Sequence record: MN850651.1
From: Escherichia phage moskry
DNA: 64,000 bases
Reading direction: 5' to 3' (one strand)
Below the pieces are notes generated by a model. The model was not told where the DNA came from and searched no databases. It saw nothing but the letters and a program-made list of their open reading frames with translations. Positions 16,207 through 25,743 of the stretch are shown here, piece by piece (within the stretch, counting starts at the first letter, position 1; each line of letters starts with the position of its first letter). The position numbers and the translations under genes were made by a program.

Positions 16207-16238
16207 CATTATAACTAATCATTTGAGAAGCGTAAACA
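16207..16238 (-). promoter_or_regulatory. Early promoter (sigma70-like)
   Basis: Minus reading: GTTTAC, about 18 nt, TATAAT; 5' of the paralog triplet. Confidence 0.5.
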
Positions 16239-16246
16239 GCATAAAT

Positions 16247-16639
16247 TCAGTTCAGGCTTTTGCATCTTATCTCCTTAACGAATTCCATGGCTTCGTCATA
16301 TTCATATTTTTTAACAGCCTCGTCATATTGAGCTCTTGCTTTTGCACATTGAATTTTCCATTCGCGTACTCGAGCTCTATAATGTCGTCCTTGGTACCAA
16401 TATCCCACCCAATTAATAGGCATTAATAAAAATGGCACAATAAACGACCCGGCTATAATAAGTAAAAACACTGCATCAGACGATATAACTTCACTAGAAT
16501 CTAAAACAGCTCCTATAATCATAAAGATTAAAAATGCTAAAGCTAAAATAGGGCCAAATAGTACTTCGTTTGGGATTAATTTACGTTTGTATTCGTATGC
16601 CCAGGGCTTAATTGGCATGTACAGGGTTGGCTTTGACAT
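16247..16639 (-). CDS. Membrane protein, hypothetical
   Basis: ORF track 16247..16669 starts at TTG; first ATG at codon 11; hydrophobic core then a basic C-terminus; start uncertain. Confidence 0.35.
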   Translation of the reverse strand: MSKPTLYMPIKPWAYEYKRKLIPNEVLFGPILALAFLIFMIIGAVLDSSEVISSDAVFLLIIAGSFIVPFLLMPINWVGYWYQGRHYRARVREWKIQCAKARAQYDEAVKKYEYDEAMEFVKEIRCKSLN

Positions 16640-17210
16640 ATTCTCTACATTCCATAATAAATTGCTCAAGGATTAAATTGTTAGTGAAATTAGGACTAAC
16701 AACCATAGTTTCATAAAGCGCATCAATAGCACTTAAAGCATCAACTCTCTTAAGCAAAGGCTTGCCTTCATACATAGTTTCAGAATCGACGATTAAAGTG
16801 AAGTAGTATTTTTTATTATTGACCAGAACTTCTGTATCAATATAAAACATGTTAGACCTTAAAAGCTTGTCTCTAAAACCATAATAATCTTTAGAGCATT
16901 CGCTGATATATTCCCATTCAGTGTTTAAACAACAAACAGACCATGTAGGAGCAACGAACTCAGTGAATCTAATATCATGGTCTGCAACTAGTTTAGCAAT
17001 AGCTCCGATATCATGAATCATAATACCTGGGGCTAATAAAGATTTTCTGCTATGGCTAGCCGTTTTCTCAGTAGTCTCATAAGAAGACGACCAGTACCAT
17101 TTACGTCCAGTTGCAACATATCGTAATGAATCAACTAAAGACGTAGGTGGATTTACCTTATCTCGGAACTCTTCGAACATTGAGTCAATATCATTATTTT
17201 GGTTTCGCAT
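16608..17210 (-). CDS. Hypothetical protein
   Basis: ORF track starts at TTG 17231; ATG at codon 8 follows SD AAGGAG; 200 aa. Confidence 0.4.
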   Translation of the reverse strand: MRNQNNDIDSMFEEFRDKVNPPTSLVDSLRYVATGRKWYWSSSYETTEKTASHSRKSLLAPGIMIHDIGAIAKLVADHDIRFTEFVAPTWSVCCLNTEWEYISECSKDYYGFRDKLLRSNMFYIDTEVLVNNKKYYFTLIVDSETMYEGKPLLKRVDALSAIDALYETMVVSPNFTNNLILEQFIMECREYVKANPVHAN

Positions 17211-17229
17211 GTTAACTCCTTTATTATCC

Positions 17230-17251
17230 AAAAGGAGGACCGGAGTCCTCC
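17230..17251 (-). terminator. Intrinsic terminator (minus strand)
   Basis: Stem GGAGGAC/GTCCTCC, loop CGGA, A-run on plus strand (U-run on the minus transcript), 3' of gene 17260..17853. Confidence 0.55.
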
Positions 17252-17259
17252 GTATTATT

Positions 17260-17853
17260 TTATTTCAAAGAGTTAATATATTCTTGTACATCTGCAGAAG
17301 TGGTTTCGACACCAGCTGGAGTGCCATTGAACGTTTCAACACGAGTCAGAGTGTCTTCGATATCAACCTTAGTCAGTGCAGCGATTTCAATTACATCATC
17401 AGCCGTAGAGATACCAAGGGCATTAGCTGCTCGAGTTTCACGAATGTATTCGAGTTTGATTGCCAGATTCTGACGAGCATCGTCAAGTTCAACCACCTTA
17501 CGAGCAATTTCAATTCGCATAGCGGCATACCCGTCAGCTTTTGTATTAAGTTGTTCGGCAGTTCGACGATACAGAAGACCAAGCTTAGCATGCATGGTAA
17601 CATCTTGTCCTTCGGCCAGGAGCTTACGAATTTCACGTTCCTTAGAAGCGGCTTGCTTGTTCTTTTCATTAACAAGTTCGCGAATACGTTTTTCTTCATT
17701 AATAGATTTAACAGAAGCCGTTTTTAGTTCTTTGATTTGGGTAATCAACTTATCTGCAGCTGCGTTATACTGTTCTTCGACAGTCAGATTTTTAGCCATA
17801 GCAGTACCCAGTTTAGTGCGGATGAATTCAACAAGTTTCTTCAGTGTGTTCAT
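17260..17853 (-). CDS. Coiled-coil protein (possibly PspA/IM30-like)
   Basis: ATG at codon 6 (MNTLKKL); about 197 aa; predominantly helical heptad-like sequence; family assignment tentative. Confidence 0.4.
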   Translation of the reverse strand: MNTLKKLVEFIRTKLGTAMAKNLTVEEQYNAAADKLITQIKELKTASVKSINEEKRIRELVNEKNKQAASKEREIRKLLAEGQDVTMHAKLGLLYRRTAEQLNTKADGYAAMRIEIARKVVELDDARQNLAIKLEYIRETRAANALGISTADDVIEIAALTKVDIEDTLTRVETFNGTPAGVETTSADVQEYINSLK

Positions 17854-17887
17854 ATTATTACCTTTCAATTGGTGGTTTATTATCCAA

Positions 17888-17923
17888 CGAGAGCATTATA
17901 CTCTGCTCTCAAGAGTTTGTAAA
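17888..17923 (-). promoter_or_regulatory. Early promoter with flanking inverted repeat
   Basis: Minus reading: TTTACA, 17 nt, TATAAT; arms GAGAGC/GCTCTC flank the -10. Confidence 0.5.
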
Positions 17924-18151
17924 TTATTTTTTAATCAAATTGACATAAAACTTGGCGTCTTCGGGGTGCATGCCTTCGCAGTATTCTTCAACCATGAACT
18001 TCTTAACAGCTTCATAAGGACCACTCAGATTAAGCTCGGTTGTCCAGAACTTGGAATCTTGTACTGAATCGATACGAACTTCAGGGTGACGGTTGCGAAT
18101 AACTTCTTCTGTGTATTCATAATCAACGACATCAATACTAACTTTAGCCAT
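17924..18151 (-). CDS. Hypothetical small protein
   Basis: 75 aa; ATG start preceded by GGAAAACAAA leader. Confidence 0.45.
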   Translation of the reverse strand: MAKVSIDVVDYEYTEEVIRNRHPEVRIDSVQDSKFWTTELNLSGPYEAVKKFMVEEYCEGMHPEDAKFYVNLIKK

Positions 18152-18170
18152 TTTGTTTTCCTCTTGATTT

Positions 18171-18210
18171 GATAGGACTACTATAACATAAACTTACTTA
18201 GATGTAAATT
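18171..18210 (-). promoter_or_regulatory. PeSL-like early promoter cassette
   Basis: Minus reading: ATTTACA, 17 nt, TATAGT; left arm GATAGGACTA conserved, right arm degenerate. Confidence 0.45.
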
Positions 18211-18362
18211 ATTTCAACGTCACCTTTAGCTGCTTTATAACCTTCAGCCCAAGATACAACAGAGTTTTTATCTGAGGATTCAAATTCAGGCATTGGACTT
18301 TCACCAATATTCACACAGTATGTTTCTTCATTTTCATCGAACCAAATAATTAAAGTAGTCAT
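18198..18362 (-). CDS. Small protein (54 aa), below ORF-track cutoff
   Basis: ATG at 18362 lies in the conserved leader GTCATTTTGTTTACTCCTCTG (plus strand), also found at 55251; 3' end overlaps the downstream cassette. Confidence 0.3.
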   Translation of the reverse strand: MTTLIIWFDENEETYCVNIGESPMPEFESSDKNSVVSWAEGYKAAKGDVEIIYI

Positions 18363-18370
18363 TTTGTTTA

Positions 18371-18422
18371 CTCCTCTGTAGTTGTTAAGTCTATAGTATC
18401 ACCATCCTTGGTGATTGTACAT
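18371..18422 (-). promoter_or_regulatory. PeSL-like cassette, near-duplicate of 55261..55312
   Basis: Plus-strand CTCCTCTGTAGTTG(T/A)TAAGTCTATAGTATCA shared with the copy at 55261; TGTACA -35-like. Confidence 0.45.
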
Positions 18423-18430
18423 CATTATTT

Positions 18431-18736
18431 TTAATTTTTCCAACTTAACAACTTGTAGTGTCCTTCATTCATACGTGGTTTATCCCAAGAAATACTAATA
18501 TATGATTCACTGTCAATAGAAATCGCCGGGTTTTTCTCTACCGTAAGACCTTCACTTTCCAGCCATTCAATAGTATTTGCGCATAAATCAGAAGAACACC
18601 TCATCGGGAACCGGCAAGATTTTTCACCTTTAGCTGCAGTGTTATACATCTTTTCTAAAATACGCTTTTGCACGTTTTTAAAAATAGTTTCAGCAGATTC
18701 TTCAGATTTTTTATTCAGTTCAGTGTAAAGACTCAT
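18431..18736 (-). CDS. Hypothetical protein
   Basis: 101 aa; ATG start; Cys-rich centre (CRFPMRCSSDLC). Confidence 0.45.
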   Translation of the reverse strand: MSLYTELNKKSEESAETIFKNVQKRILEKMYNTAAKGEKSCRFPMRCSSDLCANTIEWLESEGLTVEKNPAISIDSESYISISWDKPRMNEGHYKLLSWKN

Positions 18737-18755
18737 AATATTCTCCTCATGTTTT

Positions 18756-18794
18756 GATGGGTCTATAGTAACACATCTAGGGAAGAAGTAAACA
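18756..18794 (-). promoter_or_regulatory. PeSL-like early promoter cassette
   Basis: Minus reading: GTTTAC, spacer, TACTAT-like -10. Confidence 0.45.
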
Positions 18795-18814
18795 ACTTTT
18801 TCAGTAAGTTATAG

Positions 18815-18841
18815 ACCCCCTAATGGGGACCGAAGTCCCCA
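18815..18841 (-). terminator. Conserved stem-loop element (GGGGAC-CGAA-GTCCCC), copy 2
   Basis: Same CCCCCTAA-GGGGACCGAAG-TCCCCA unit as 446..472, again just 3' of a gene stop. Confidence 0.35.
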
Positions 18842-18845
18842 TTCT

Positions 18846-19478
18846 TTACTTACGAGTTTTTGCATACTGAGCAGCGTCAGCAGCCAAACGACCTGCCTGA
18901 CGAAGTTTTTCTTTAATCTCATCATGAAGTGGTTGAGTATACTTCAAACCTTCGATAGTCAAATAAAGACGATAAAGGTCTGGGGTATCAAGGTTGTTGA
19001 TATGTTGGCCATTACGAAGACTATTGAATTCACGAACGAGTGAAGATGTATCGGATTCAATATCACGAACAAGCGAAGATAGTTGTTTATATTTTTTTTC
19101 CAGGCTAGAAGTATCAAACTTAAGAGCAGGAGCTTTAGGAGTTGCTTTTACTTCAGGCTTAGGCTTAGGTTCAGGTTTTGCTATTGCTTTAGGGGTCGCA
19201 GGTTTAGGAATGGTAGGAGCAGGTTTTACTTTAGGCGAACCCGATTTAGCAGAAACACCACCACTAACAATATCTTTGAATGCTTTAGAAGCTCTGTAAT
19301 ATTCTTTTTGGCTGGAAGTGTCGATACCGTACATGGCTTGAACGTTTTTGAAAAACTCTGTACTAGTTTTTGTACCAGAAATAGCATCGTAAGCAGCTTG
19401 CCATTTCTCTTTTGTCATACGTACGCCGGCTTCGGTGATTACTTCCGTTTCGGCTAAAAATTCATTAAAAGTATACAT
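18846..19478 (-). CDS. Internal-protein-like (CTS) protein with Pro/Lys-rich linker
   Basis: 210 aa; N-terminus MYTFNEFLAE is CTS-like; central PKVKPAPTIPKPATPKAIAKPEPKPKPEVKATPKAP low-complexity tract. Confidence 0.55.
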   Translation of the reverse strand: MYTFNEFLAETEVITEAGVRMTKEKWQAAYDAISGTKTSTEFFKNVQAMYGIDTSSQKEYYRASKAFKDIVSGGVSAKSGSPKVKPAPTIPKPATPKAIAKPEPKPKPEVKATPKAPALKFDTSSLEKKYKQLSSLVRDIESDTSSLVREFNSLRNGQHINNLDTPDLYRLYLTIEGLKYTQPLHDEIKEKLRQAGRLAADAAQYAKTRK

Positions 19479-19513
19479 TGATGGTCCTTAGAAAGTGGGT
19501 TTATTGTTTACTA

Positions 19514-19521
19514 TATTTATA
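19514..19521 (-). promoter_or_regulatory. Late promoter (TATAAATA on minus strand)
   Basis: Plus strand TATTTATA about 36 nt upstream of ATG 19478. Confidence 0.5.
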
Positions 19522-19522
19522 C

Positions 19523-19550
19523 AAAAAAGCCCCAACCTTTCGGAAGGGGC
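19523..19550 (-). terminator. Intrinsic terminator at the end of the tRNA cluster
   Basis: Stem GCCCC/GGGGC with a 6-A run on plus strand (U-run on the minus transcript). Confidence 0.6.
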
Positions 19551-19593
19551 TATATACCTTGTCGGGGTTCCACCTGCTAAGGCAAGTGTTTGT

Positions 19594-19685
19594 ACGAAAC
19601 GCCGGGATTCGAACCCGGTTATTAAGTAGTTGACGCTACTCAATATTTTTAAAAGGCCATATCTCGACCATATCCGAACGTTCCG
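19594..19685 (-). ncRNA. tRNA-like structured RNA (type II tRNA, pseudo-tRNA or rnaC/rnaD-like)
   Basis: Canonical T-arm CCGGG-TTCGAAT-CCCGG; 7-bp acceptor pairing CGGAACG/CGTTTCG; 6-bp variable-arm-like stem; the anticodon arm does not fold canonically (12-nt loop). Confidence 0.3.
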
Positions 19686-19853
19686 TCAAAAACGCTACTC
19701 GGCTTACGGCAAAGATATTTCCTCGAATCGATAATTCGGTGCGCCGTTTCTGCTGTGATGTAAGGGGATATTAACAAATCGTAAAGATTTATTAAGACCA
19801 GTCCTTACTCAGGGAACATCAGTCCGACGACTTACCGGTAGCGACCCGGCTTC

Positions 19854-20198
19854 TTATTTTGACATATCATCAATTTGCTCTCGACGCCGACGCCATAGAT
19901 TAATCGCTTCATTAACACATTCGGCGTTTGGTATATGACGGCAATAATATAATGATTCGCGTTTCTGGAACCGATGTTGCAATGGGATTTCGTTTAAAAG
20001 GTCTTTACGGTCAAAGTATTCAAAACTAGTTAACCCAGAACGGTTTTTAAGGAACTTCCAATGACCGAATTCATTTTGAACATAGATGTAATCTGCATGT
20101 TGGTATAACAAATTAATCAATCGGTCTGAAATAACTGTATCATGTTCGTTAAAATAAAACGTTAAATCATGAACTACTAAGTAAACATTACCTTTCAT
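19854..20198 (-). CDS. Hypothetical protein within the tRNA cluster
   Basis: ORF track start at 20246 overlaps tRNA-Arg; ATG at codon 17 (MKGNVYLVV) gives 114 aa. Confidence 0.4.
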   Translation of the reverse strand: MKGNVYLVVHDLTFYFNEHDTVISDRLINLLYQHADYIYVQNEFGHWKFLKNRSGLTSFEYFDRKDLLNEIPLQHRFQKRESLYYCRHIPNAECVNEAINLWRRRREQIDDMSK

Positions 20199-20216
20199 AT
20201 TTTCCTCACTTGAAGT

Positions 20217-20293
<77 letters not shown>

Positions 20294-20299
20294 AATATA

Positions 20300-20373
20300 T
20301 GACCCAGACCAGATTCGAACTGGTAACCTTTCCCTTATGAGGGGACTGCTGCTAACCATTGAGCTACAGGGCC
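20300..20373 (-). tRNA. tRNA with CAU anticodon (Ile or Met type)
   Basis: 74 nt; T arm ACCAG-TTCGAAT-CTGGT; anticodon loop CTCATAA; acceptor GGCCCTG/CTGGGTC with one mismatch; CCA not encoded. Confidence 0.65.
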
Positions 20374-20452
20374 TAAATAACTTTCTATTATGAAAGGCAC
20401 TTTAGAGCACCTTTGGTAATAGAGGGTATGAATTAATAATAACACATAATTC

Positions 20453-20968
20453 TTAAAGCAAATCAATCATTTTAACAGTCGGCAAAACGATTTCTTCTTC
20501 AATATAAGCAAATTCAACACATTCAACTACACGCAAGAAATCATAATCATAATATTCAGAAGCATTGCCAAGAATATCAGTGAGACCTTCTGATACCAAA
20601 TATCCATTCTCACGGAACAGGTCAAATACACGTGATTCGTCTTCTTCAGATTTATTACCGAGGTCGACTTCAATATCAAAGACCTTTTTAATGAATTCTG
20701 GATAAAGATGGTCTGAGAACAGTCCTTCAACCAAGTATTCATAGATTAAAAGCGAGCAATCACTGAATAGTGTATTACCACAGTAACGTTCAGCTTTAGT
20801 ACTAGAATGACGACTCTTAAATTTCTTCAAGAGATATTTAAACTGTTGGAGCTCATGCTCTTCTACACCAAATAATGTTTTGGTTTTATAGTTGTCACCG
20901 TCATTTTCCGAAGTAGTGACATCAATTACGTAACCCTTAGGAATTGTACTGCCTAAACAAATATTCAT
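20453..20968 (-). CDS. Hypothetical protein
   Basis: 171 aa; ATG start; acidic. Confidence 0.45.
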   Translation of the reverse strand: MNICLGSTIPKGYVIDVTTSENDGDNYKTKTLFGVEEHELQQFKYLLKKFKSRHSSTKAERYCGNTLFSDCSLLIYEYLVEGLFSDHLYPEFIKKVFDIEVDLGNKSEEDESRVFDLFRENGYLVSEGLTDILGNASEYYDYDFLRVVECVEFAYIEEEIVLPTVKMIDLL

Positions 20969-20972
20969 TTAC

Positions 20973-21263
20973 TCACCGTACCATATTAATGTAATTATAT
21001 TCAATGCAACGTAATTTCAAAGGATTCTTGAAAATATCATATTCAAGAGGGCCTTTTTCTGTTTCAATAAAGAAATCAAAGTTCACACTATTAAATTTGC
21101 GGTCTTCCCAAAGTAATTTAACCTGTGAAGATGAACGGTCGACGTAAACCTTTTCAACTTCAAAGTGGGTCAAAATACCATAGTAATCGACTAGTGCTTT
21201 AGCTGCAGCTCGGTCGCTTTCATATCCATTCTCAACGGATTTTACCTTAGCATAAAGAATCAT
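20973..21263 (-). CDS. Hypothetical protein
   Basis: 96 aa; ATG start. Confidence 0.45.
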   Translation of the reverse strand: MILYAKVKSVENGYESDRAAAKALVDYYGILTHFEVEKVYVDRSSSQVKLLWEDRKFNSVNFDFFIETEKGPLEYDIFKNPLKLRCIEYNYINMVR

Positions 21264-21622
21264 GAATGTTCCACCATTTCAAAGGTATGAGCATCAACAA
21301 TATGATACCAGTCAAAATTTTCTTCTGCGTTTTTATAAATTTCGCGAAGAGCCTCAACAGTTTTTCCTGTAGCAACAAGATCATCAATACCGCCAAGAGG
21401 ATAACAGTCGTAACCAGCAAACAGAAGGAAATTAATAGTTTCTGTAGGTTCTGGATGCAGAATACCGTTATCATCTACCACTTCAAAGAAAGTGTAAGAA
21501 GGAGTACAAGTTTTAATCCAAGCCCAGGCTTGAGCTGCTGAATCAAATGGCCTGCGTATCAAACGACAATCAGGGTCTTTAGAAGGATTTGCTTCAAAAT
21601 CTGCATATACATGATATTTCAT
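21260..21622 (-). CDS. Hypothetical protein
   Basis: 120 aa; ATG start overlapping the upstream stop. Confidence 0.45.
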   Translation of the reverse strand: MKYHVYADFEANPSKDPDCRLIRRPFDSAAQAWAWIKTCTPSYTFFEVVDDNGILHPEPTETINFLLFAGYDCYPLGGIDDLVATGKTVEALREIYKNAEENFDWYHIVDAHTFEMVEHS

Positions 21623-21808
21623 TTACTCACCTTTTGCAATTTTATCCATAACGATAGCGATTAAGCCGATTAGAAATGCTACTACCAATGAGATAGAATT
21701 TTCTGTTGTTGTCAGTAGTCCACAAATGAATCCTACAAACATCGAAAAACTAAAAGCCATTGAAGCAATTACTACAGCAACATTACGAATCAGTTCAGCG
21801 CGTTTCAT
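21623..21808 (-). CDS. Small membrane protein
   Basis: ORF track start at 21829 is the ATG inside the cassette leader; ATG at codon 8 follows SD GGAG; 61 aa with one transmembrane helix. Confidence 0.4.
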   Translation of the reverse strand: MKRAELIRNVAVVIASMAFSFSMFVGFICGLLTTTENSISLVVAFLIGLIAIVMDKIAKGE

Positions 21809-21836
21809 TTTATTTCTCCATTTACTCATTTGTTTT

Positions 21837-21876
21837 GATAGGACTACTATAACATAGTCCTATCAGCATGTAAACT
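21837..21876 (-). promoter_or_regulatory. PeSL-like early promoter cassette (perfect copy)
   Basis: Minus reading: GTTTACA, 17 nt, TATAGT; perfect 10-bp inverted repeat GATAGGACTA/TAGTCCTATC; leader CAAAACAAATGAGTAAATGGAGAAATAAAATG. Confidence 0.55.
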
Positions 21877-21878
21877 AC

Positions 21879-22166
21879 TTACAGAAGAGTTTTTGCAATA
21901 ATTTTAAGCTGAGCTACAGAAATATGCTTAGCTTTAAACAGTGCAGTCTCTTCAGCCGGAGAGATAACAATAGTAGCGCCATCTTTCTTAGCAGACCATC
22001 CATCCCCTAAGTAAACAGTACCTTTTACTTCTTCGCCGTCAACCAGGCCAATCATTGGTTTACCCTCACGTCCTTTATTTGCTTTAATAACTTCGGAAGT
22101 AAGGGTTGCTTCGGTTAGAGTAGAAACATTAGCATCAGGTGATATAAATTCTTTATAGGTTTTCAT
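21879..22166 (-). CDS. Internal protein I-like (CTS) protein
   Basis: 95 aa; N-terminus MKTYKEFIS; adjacent to 57B as ipI is in T4; length matches recalled T4 IPI. Confidence 0.55.
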   Translation of the reverse strand: MKTYKEFISPDANVSTLTEATLTSEVIKANKGREGKPMIGLVDGEEVKGTVYLGDGWSAKKDGATIVISPAEETALFKAKHISVAQLKIIAKTLL

Positions 22167-22191
22167 TTTATTTCCTTGAGGTCGTTTATTT

Positions 22192-22231
22192 GATAGGATG
22201 ATAGTAACACACCATCATCCTTATGTAAACT
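22192..22231 (-). promoter_or_regulatory. PeSL-like early promoter cassette
   Basis: Minus reading: GTTTACA, 17 nt, TACTAT; inverted repeat GATGATGGTG-like around -10. Confidence 0.5.
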
Positions 22232-22243
22232 GTTTTGTGAAAA

Positions 22244-22929
<686 letters not shown>

Positions 22930-22933
22930 TTTA

Positions 22934-23668
22934 TTACCTTAAGATTGTTTCAATTTTAGAATAAAGCTCTTCTAAAGAGCCGTCGTTTGTAATAACTAAA
23001 TCGCCTTCTTCAATAGGCAACCCAGCTTCTGTAATATGTTTATCGGTGGATTCCGTACCAGAGCGAACCACATGAATAACTGTAGCACCCATCGCTCTAG
23101 CGGTTTCCATTTCATGGACTTGACGTGTATCGGTTACGACATAGTAATCGAAATCACTTCCAATATAATCCATATAGTTTAATGCAAAAAGCTTAACCCA
23201 ATACATACGGTCAAATAAATTAACGACAACATCCGTACCGAGGGCTTGCATAAGACGGCGGATTGACCATGTGTCGTTGATATTATTTATAGCTTCACGC
23301 AGGGCTTCATATGGTTTAATATCTAGATACGAATATCCACCTTCTAACGATGATAATACTTTAACATTATTAATCGGTAAATATTGACTTTGTAAATAAA
23401 TTAGCGCTTCTTCCATTAATTCAATAACATCCAACTTATTGATATTTAATGGCGTTTCACGGTCGTATCCAACACCTTCAAAGTATTCATATTTCAACTC
23501 AGTGAATACATCAGGGTTTTCAGCATGTTTACGTCCCCAGGCTATTGCTAGAGCGTCTTTAATCGGATAGGCCAATTGGTATTTTACGGATTTAAAGTTT
23601 GAATTGATGTAATCAGCAGTGGTGTCTTTACCACTACGTTTGATGCCGCTTAAAAAGATTAGCTCCAT
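22934..23668 (-). CDS. 1: dNMP kinase (gp1)
   Basis: 244 aa; ATG start; N-terminal P-loop IFLSGIKRSGKDTTADY as in T4 gp1. Confidence 0.85.
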   Translation of the reverse strand: MELIFLSGIKRSGKDTTADYINSNFKSVKYQLAYPIKDALAIAWGRKHAENPDVFTELKYEYFEGVGYDRETPLNINKLDVIELMEEALIYLQSQYLPINNVKVLSSLEGGYSYLDIKPYEALREAINNINDTWSIRRLMQALGTDVVVNLFDRMYWVKLFALNYMDYIGSDFDYYVVTDTRQVHEMETARAMGATVIHVVRSGTESTDKHITEAGLPIEEGDLVITNDGSLEELYSKIETILR

Positions 23669-23721
23669 AGGTTTTCCTCATATAATTTATGAGTGATTAT
23701 AACATACGGAGCTAGAAGCGA

Positions 23722-24306
23722 TTAACGCAAGGAAGGGTGTCTAGAAATGGATTTAGATTCGGCTGCCTGACGTGGTTGTTGAGATACAATGACTTCGCCA
23801 TCCTTTTCTATCGTCATATACGCGTAGTGAATAGTTGCTACGCACGTAACGGCAGGGTCAGAGTCTTCAGTGTAACTAAATTCAATTTCACTCAAATCAG
23901 AAATCCATGGTTTATAGAAATTTGCCGTCAAAACGACTTCTGTCTTATTGTTGTTTAAAATGTGCAAAGTAACAAACTCAGGACCATCGGAGTGGGCCGT
24001 ATTGTGTCCGGTTATATAGTTATTAGTGCTGAGCATCCATTTATACATGTTCATCCAGGACATCATGTCTTCATCAACTATAAATCGTACAATAAAAGGG
24101 TCATATTCAAATGTGGTGCCTGCACGCATTGCACGTCCTAACCCCATTGTGCCTGTCACAGTTTCAACAACAGGAATTCTCACACCTGGCAATGGAGCCG
24201 TTTGGGCATTGAGCACAAAACCTGAAGTTCGTGTACTATCCGGGATATCCACAACAAAGTTTGTTATATTTGTTTGGTTAAAAATCTGTCTCGCTGGACG
24301 AGTCAT
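23722..24306 (-). CDS. 3: Tail completion / sheath stabiliser gp3
   Basis: ORF track begins at GTG 24312; ATG at codon 3; about 194 aa; assignment by gene order 1-3-2-4. Confidence 0.55.
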   Translation of the reverse strand: MTRPARQIFNQTNITNFVVDIPDSTRTSGFVLNAQTAPLPGVRIPVVETVTGTMGLGRAMRAGTTFEYDPFIVRFIVDEDMMSWMNMYKWMLSTNNYITGHNTAHSDGPEFVTLHILNNNKTEVVLTANFYKPWISDLSEIEFSYTEDSDPAVTCVATIHYAYMTIEKDGEVIVSQQPRQAAESKSISRHPSLR

Positions 24307-24408
24307 AAGCACCTCAAAAACGCTTTAATAAAAATACAGTATAATGGTTTTAGGTCTCTTCCATTAATCTGGTTCAACAGAATATCAGAAGAACGGAAGA
24401 GAATAGAA

Positions 24409-25230
24409 TTAAGATTTCCAAACAGTATTCGCAGAGAAACGTTTTCCTTTTGACATAAACTGCTGAGTAGGTAACATGATTATGTTAGCCCAGTCTTTAG
24501 GAGCTATTTCTGTTATTGTTCCTCTAATGTGGCCTGGCAGGTATGCTTTAATCATTTTGTCAGCACCTTGAAATCCTTTCACCTTGCTCCAGTCTATCTT
24601 CAACTTTGTGTTATTAGTAATAGTAGTTGTGCTAGCATATTGCTTCAGCAATTCTTCAAGAAACTGTTGACGTGCTTTAGGTGGGATATAGTGCAAGTTT
24701 AACCCGTACATCAAATTATGTTTACCTAATCCCAAATAAATAATTAAAGGATATCGGTCCCAATACGGCAGAGTATCTTTATGTTTAGCATCATACACGT
24801 AAGTATAAATTTTGCCTGGCGTAGGCTTGACTACTTTATGACCTTTTACACTTTTCTTAATTGTTTCAACAAACCACTTAGATGATTTGTTGTTTACTGC
24901 TGCGCCTTCATTTCTAATCTTTTCTCGTATTGAACTGCGAAACGAGTTTATCATCAGAAGTTGACGTTCTTGCTTATTGAGTTTATTTTTAGGTTTAGAT
25001 TCAAGCGTTTCAATTTTCTGTGCAGTCTTAATAGATGATGCATATCTAGACATTGCAGATGTAAACGACGAGTATTTTATTCCTTTTGATTCTGCAAATG
25101 CTTTTGCAGTGATTCCTTTCTCTTTAGCTTTCTTGTATTCTAATCCTATCTCAATCCATTTTCTTTCATTCATAGACTGAGCAATCTTAGGGGCTTGTAC
25201 GCCTTCAGATATAATTTGGAATATGCTCAT
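24409..25230 (-). CDS. 2: DNA end protector gp2
   Basis: 273 aa (T4 gp2 is 274); ATG start; basic; gene order. Confidence 0.7.
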   Translation of the reverse strand: MSIFQIISEGVQAPKIAQSMNERKWIEIGLEYKKAKEKGITAKAFAESKGIKYSSFTSAMSRYASSIKTAQKIETLESKPKNKLNKQERQLLMINSFRSSIREKIRNEGAAVNNKSSKWFVETIKKSVKGHKVVKPTPGKIYTYVYDAKHKDTLPYWDRYPLIIYLGLGKHNLMYGLNLHYIPPKARQQFLEELLKQYASTTTITNNTKLKIDWSKVKGFQGADKMIKAYLPGHIRGTITEIAPKDWANIIMLPTQQFMSKGKRFSANTVWKS

Positions 25231-25232
25231 AA

Positions 25233-25682
25233 TTACCCCTTGTATCCGAGTTTTCTAAGTCCGTCTTCGGTTAGAACTCGAAATTTTATATTTCTCTTTT
25301 CAGCAACAGCCGAGGCAGCTTTCCATTTGTCACAGTTCACAGACCAGGTATATATTTCATTCATATAACGTTTCTTTGCTGCAGTCGTAAGATTTGCAGG
25401 CTTAATAGGTGGTTGAGTTTCTTTCTTTGGTTTTATTTCTACAAAGAACTCTTGACCTGATGCATCTTTCATCCATATGTCCATATAGTATCGACGTTTC
25501 TTACCTTCAGCATTACAAAAATATGGAATTACTGCCGTTTCACTACCCCATGCAATAATTTCTGGATTTTTATCCAACCATTCGAAAAAGAATTTTTCCC
25601 AGTTTGAACGATACGTTATTTTGGTATGGTCTCCACGGTATTTTTTTAAATTTTTTGGGACCCATTTACCAGAGTAGGCCAT
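25233..25682 (-). CDS. 4: Head completion protein gp4
   Basis: ORF track starts at an upstream alternative codon; ATG at codon 49 ([11 protein letters not shown]) follows SD GGAGG; 149 aa (T4 gp4 is 150). Confidence 0.65.
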   Translation of the reverse strand: MAYSGKWVPKNLKKYRGDHTKITYRSNWEKFFFEWLDKNPEIIAWGSETAVIPYFCNAEGKKRRYYMDIWMKDASGQEFFVEIKPKKETQPPIKPANLTTAAKKRYMNEIYTWSVNCDKWKAASAVAEKRNIKFRVLTEDGLRKLGYKG

Positions 25683-25693
25683 GTTGTCCTCCT

Positions 25694-25701
25694 TATAAAT
25701 A
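25694..25701 (+). promoter_or_regulatory. Late promoter TATAAATA for gene 53
   Basis: Exact TATAAATA 43 nt upstream of the gene 53 start; SD GAAGGAGA follows. Confidence 0.6.
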
Positions 25702-25708
25702 GTATTAT

Positions 25709-25716
25709 TATTTATA
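25709..25716 (-). promoter_or_regulatory. Late promoter TATAAATA for gene 4 (divergent)
   Basis: Plus strand TATTTATA 27 nt upstream of ATG 25682. Confidence 0.55.
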
Positions 25717-25743
25717 CCAATTTCATATTGGAAGGAGACTATC

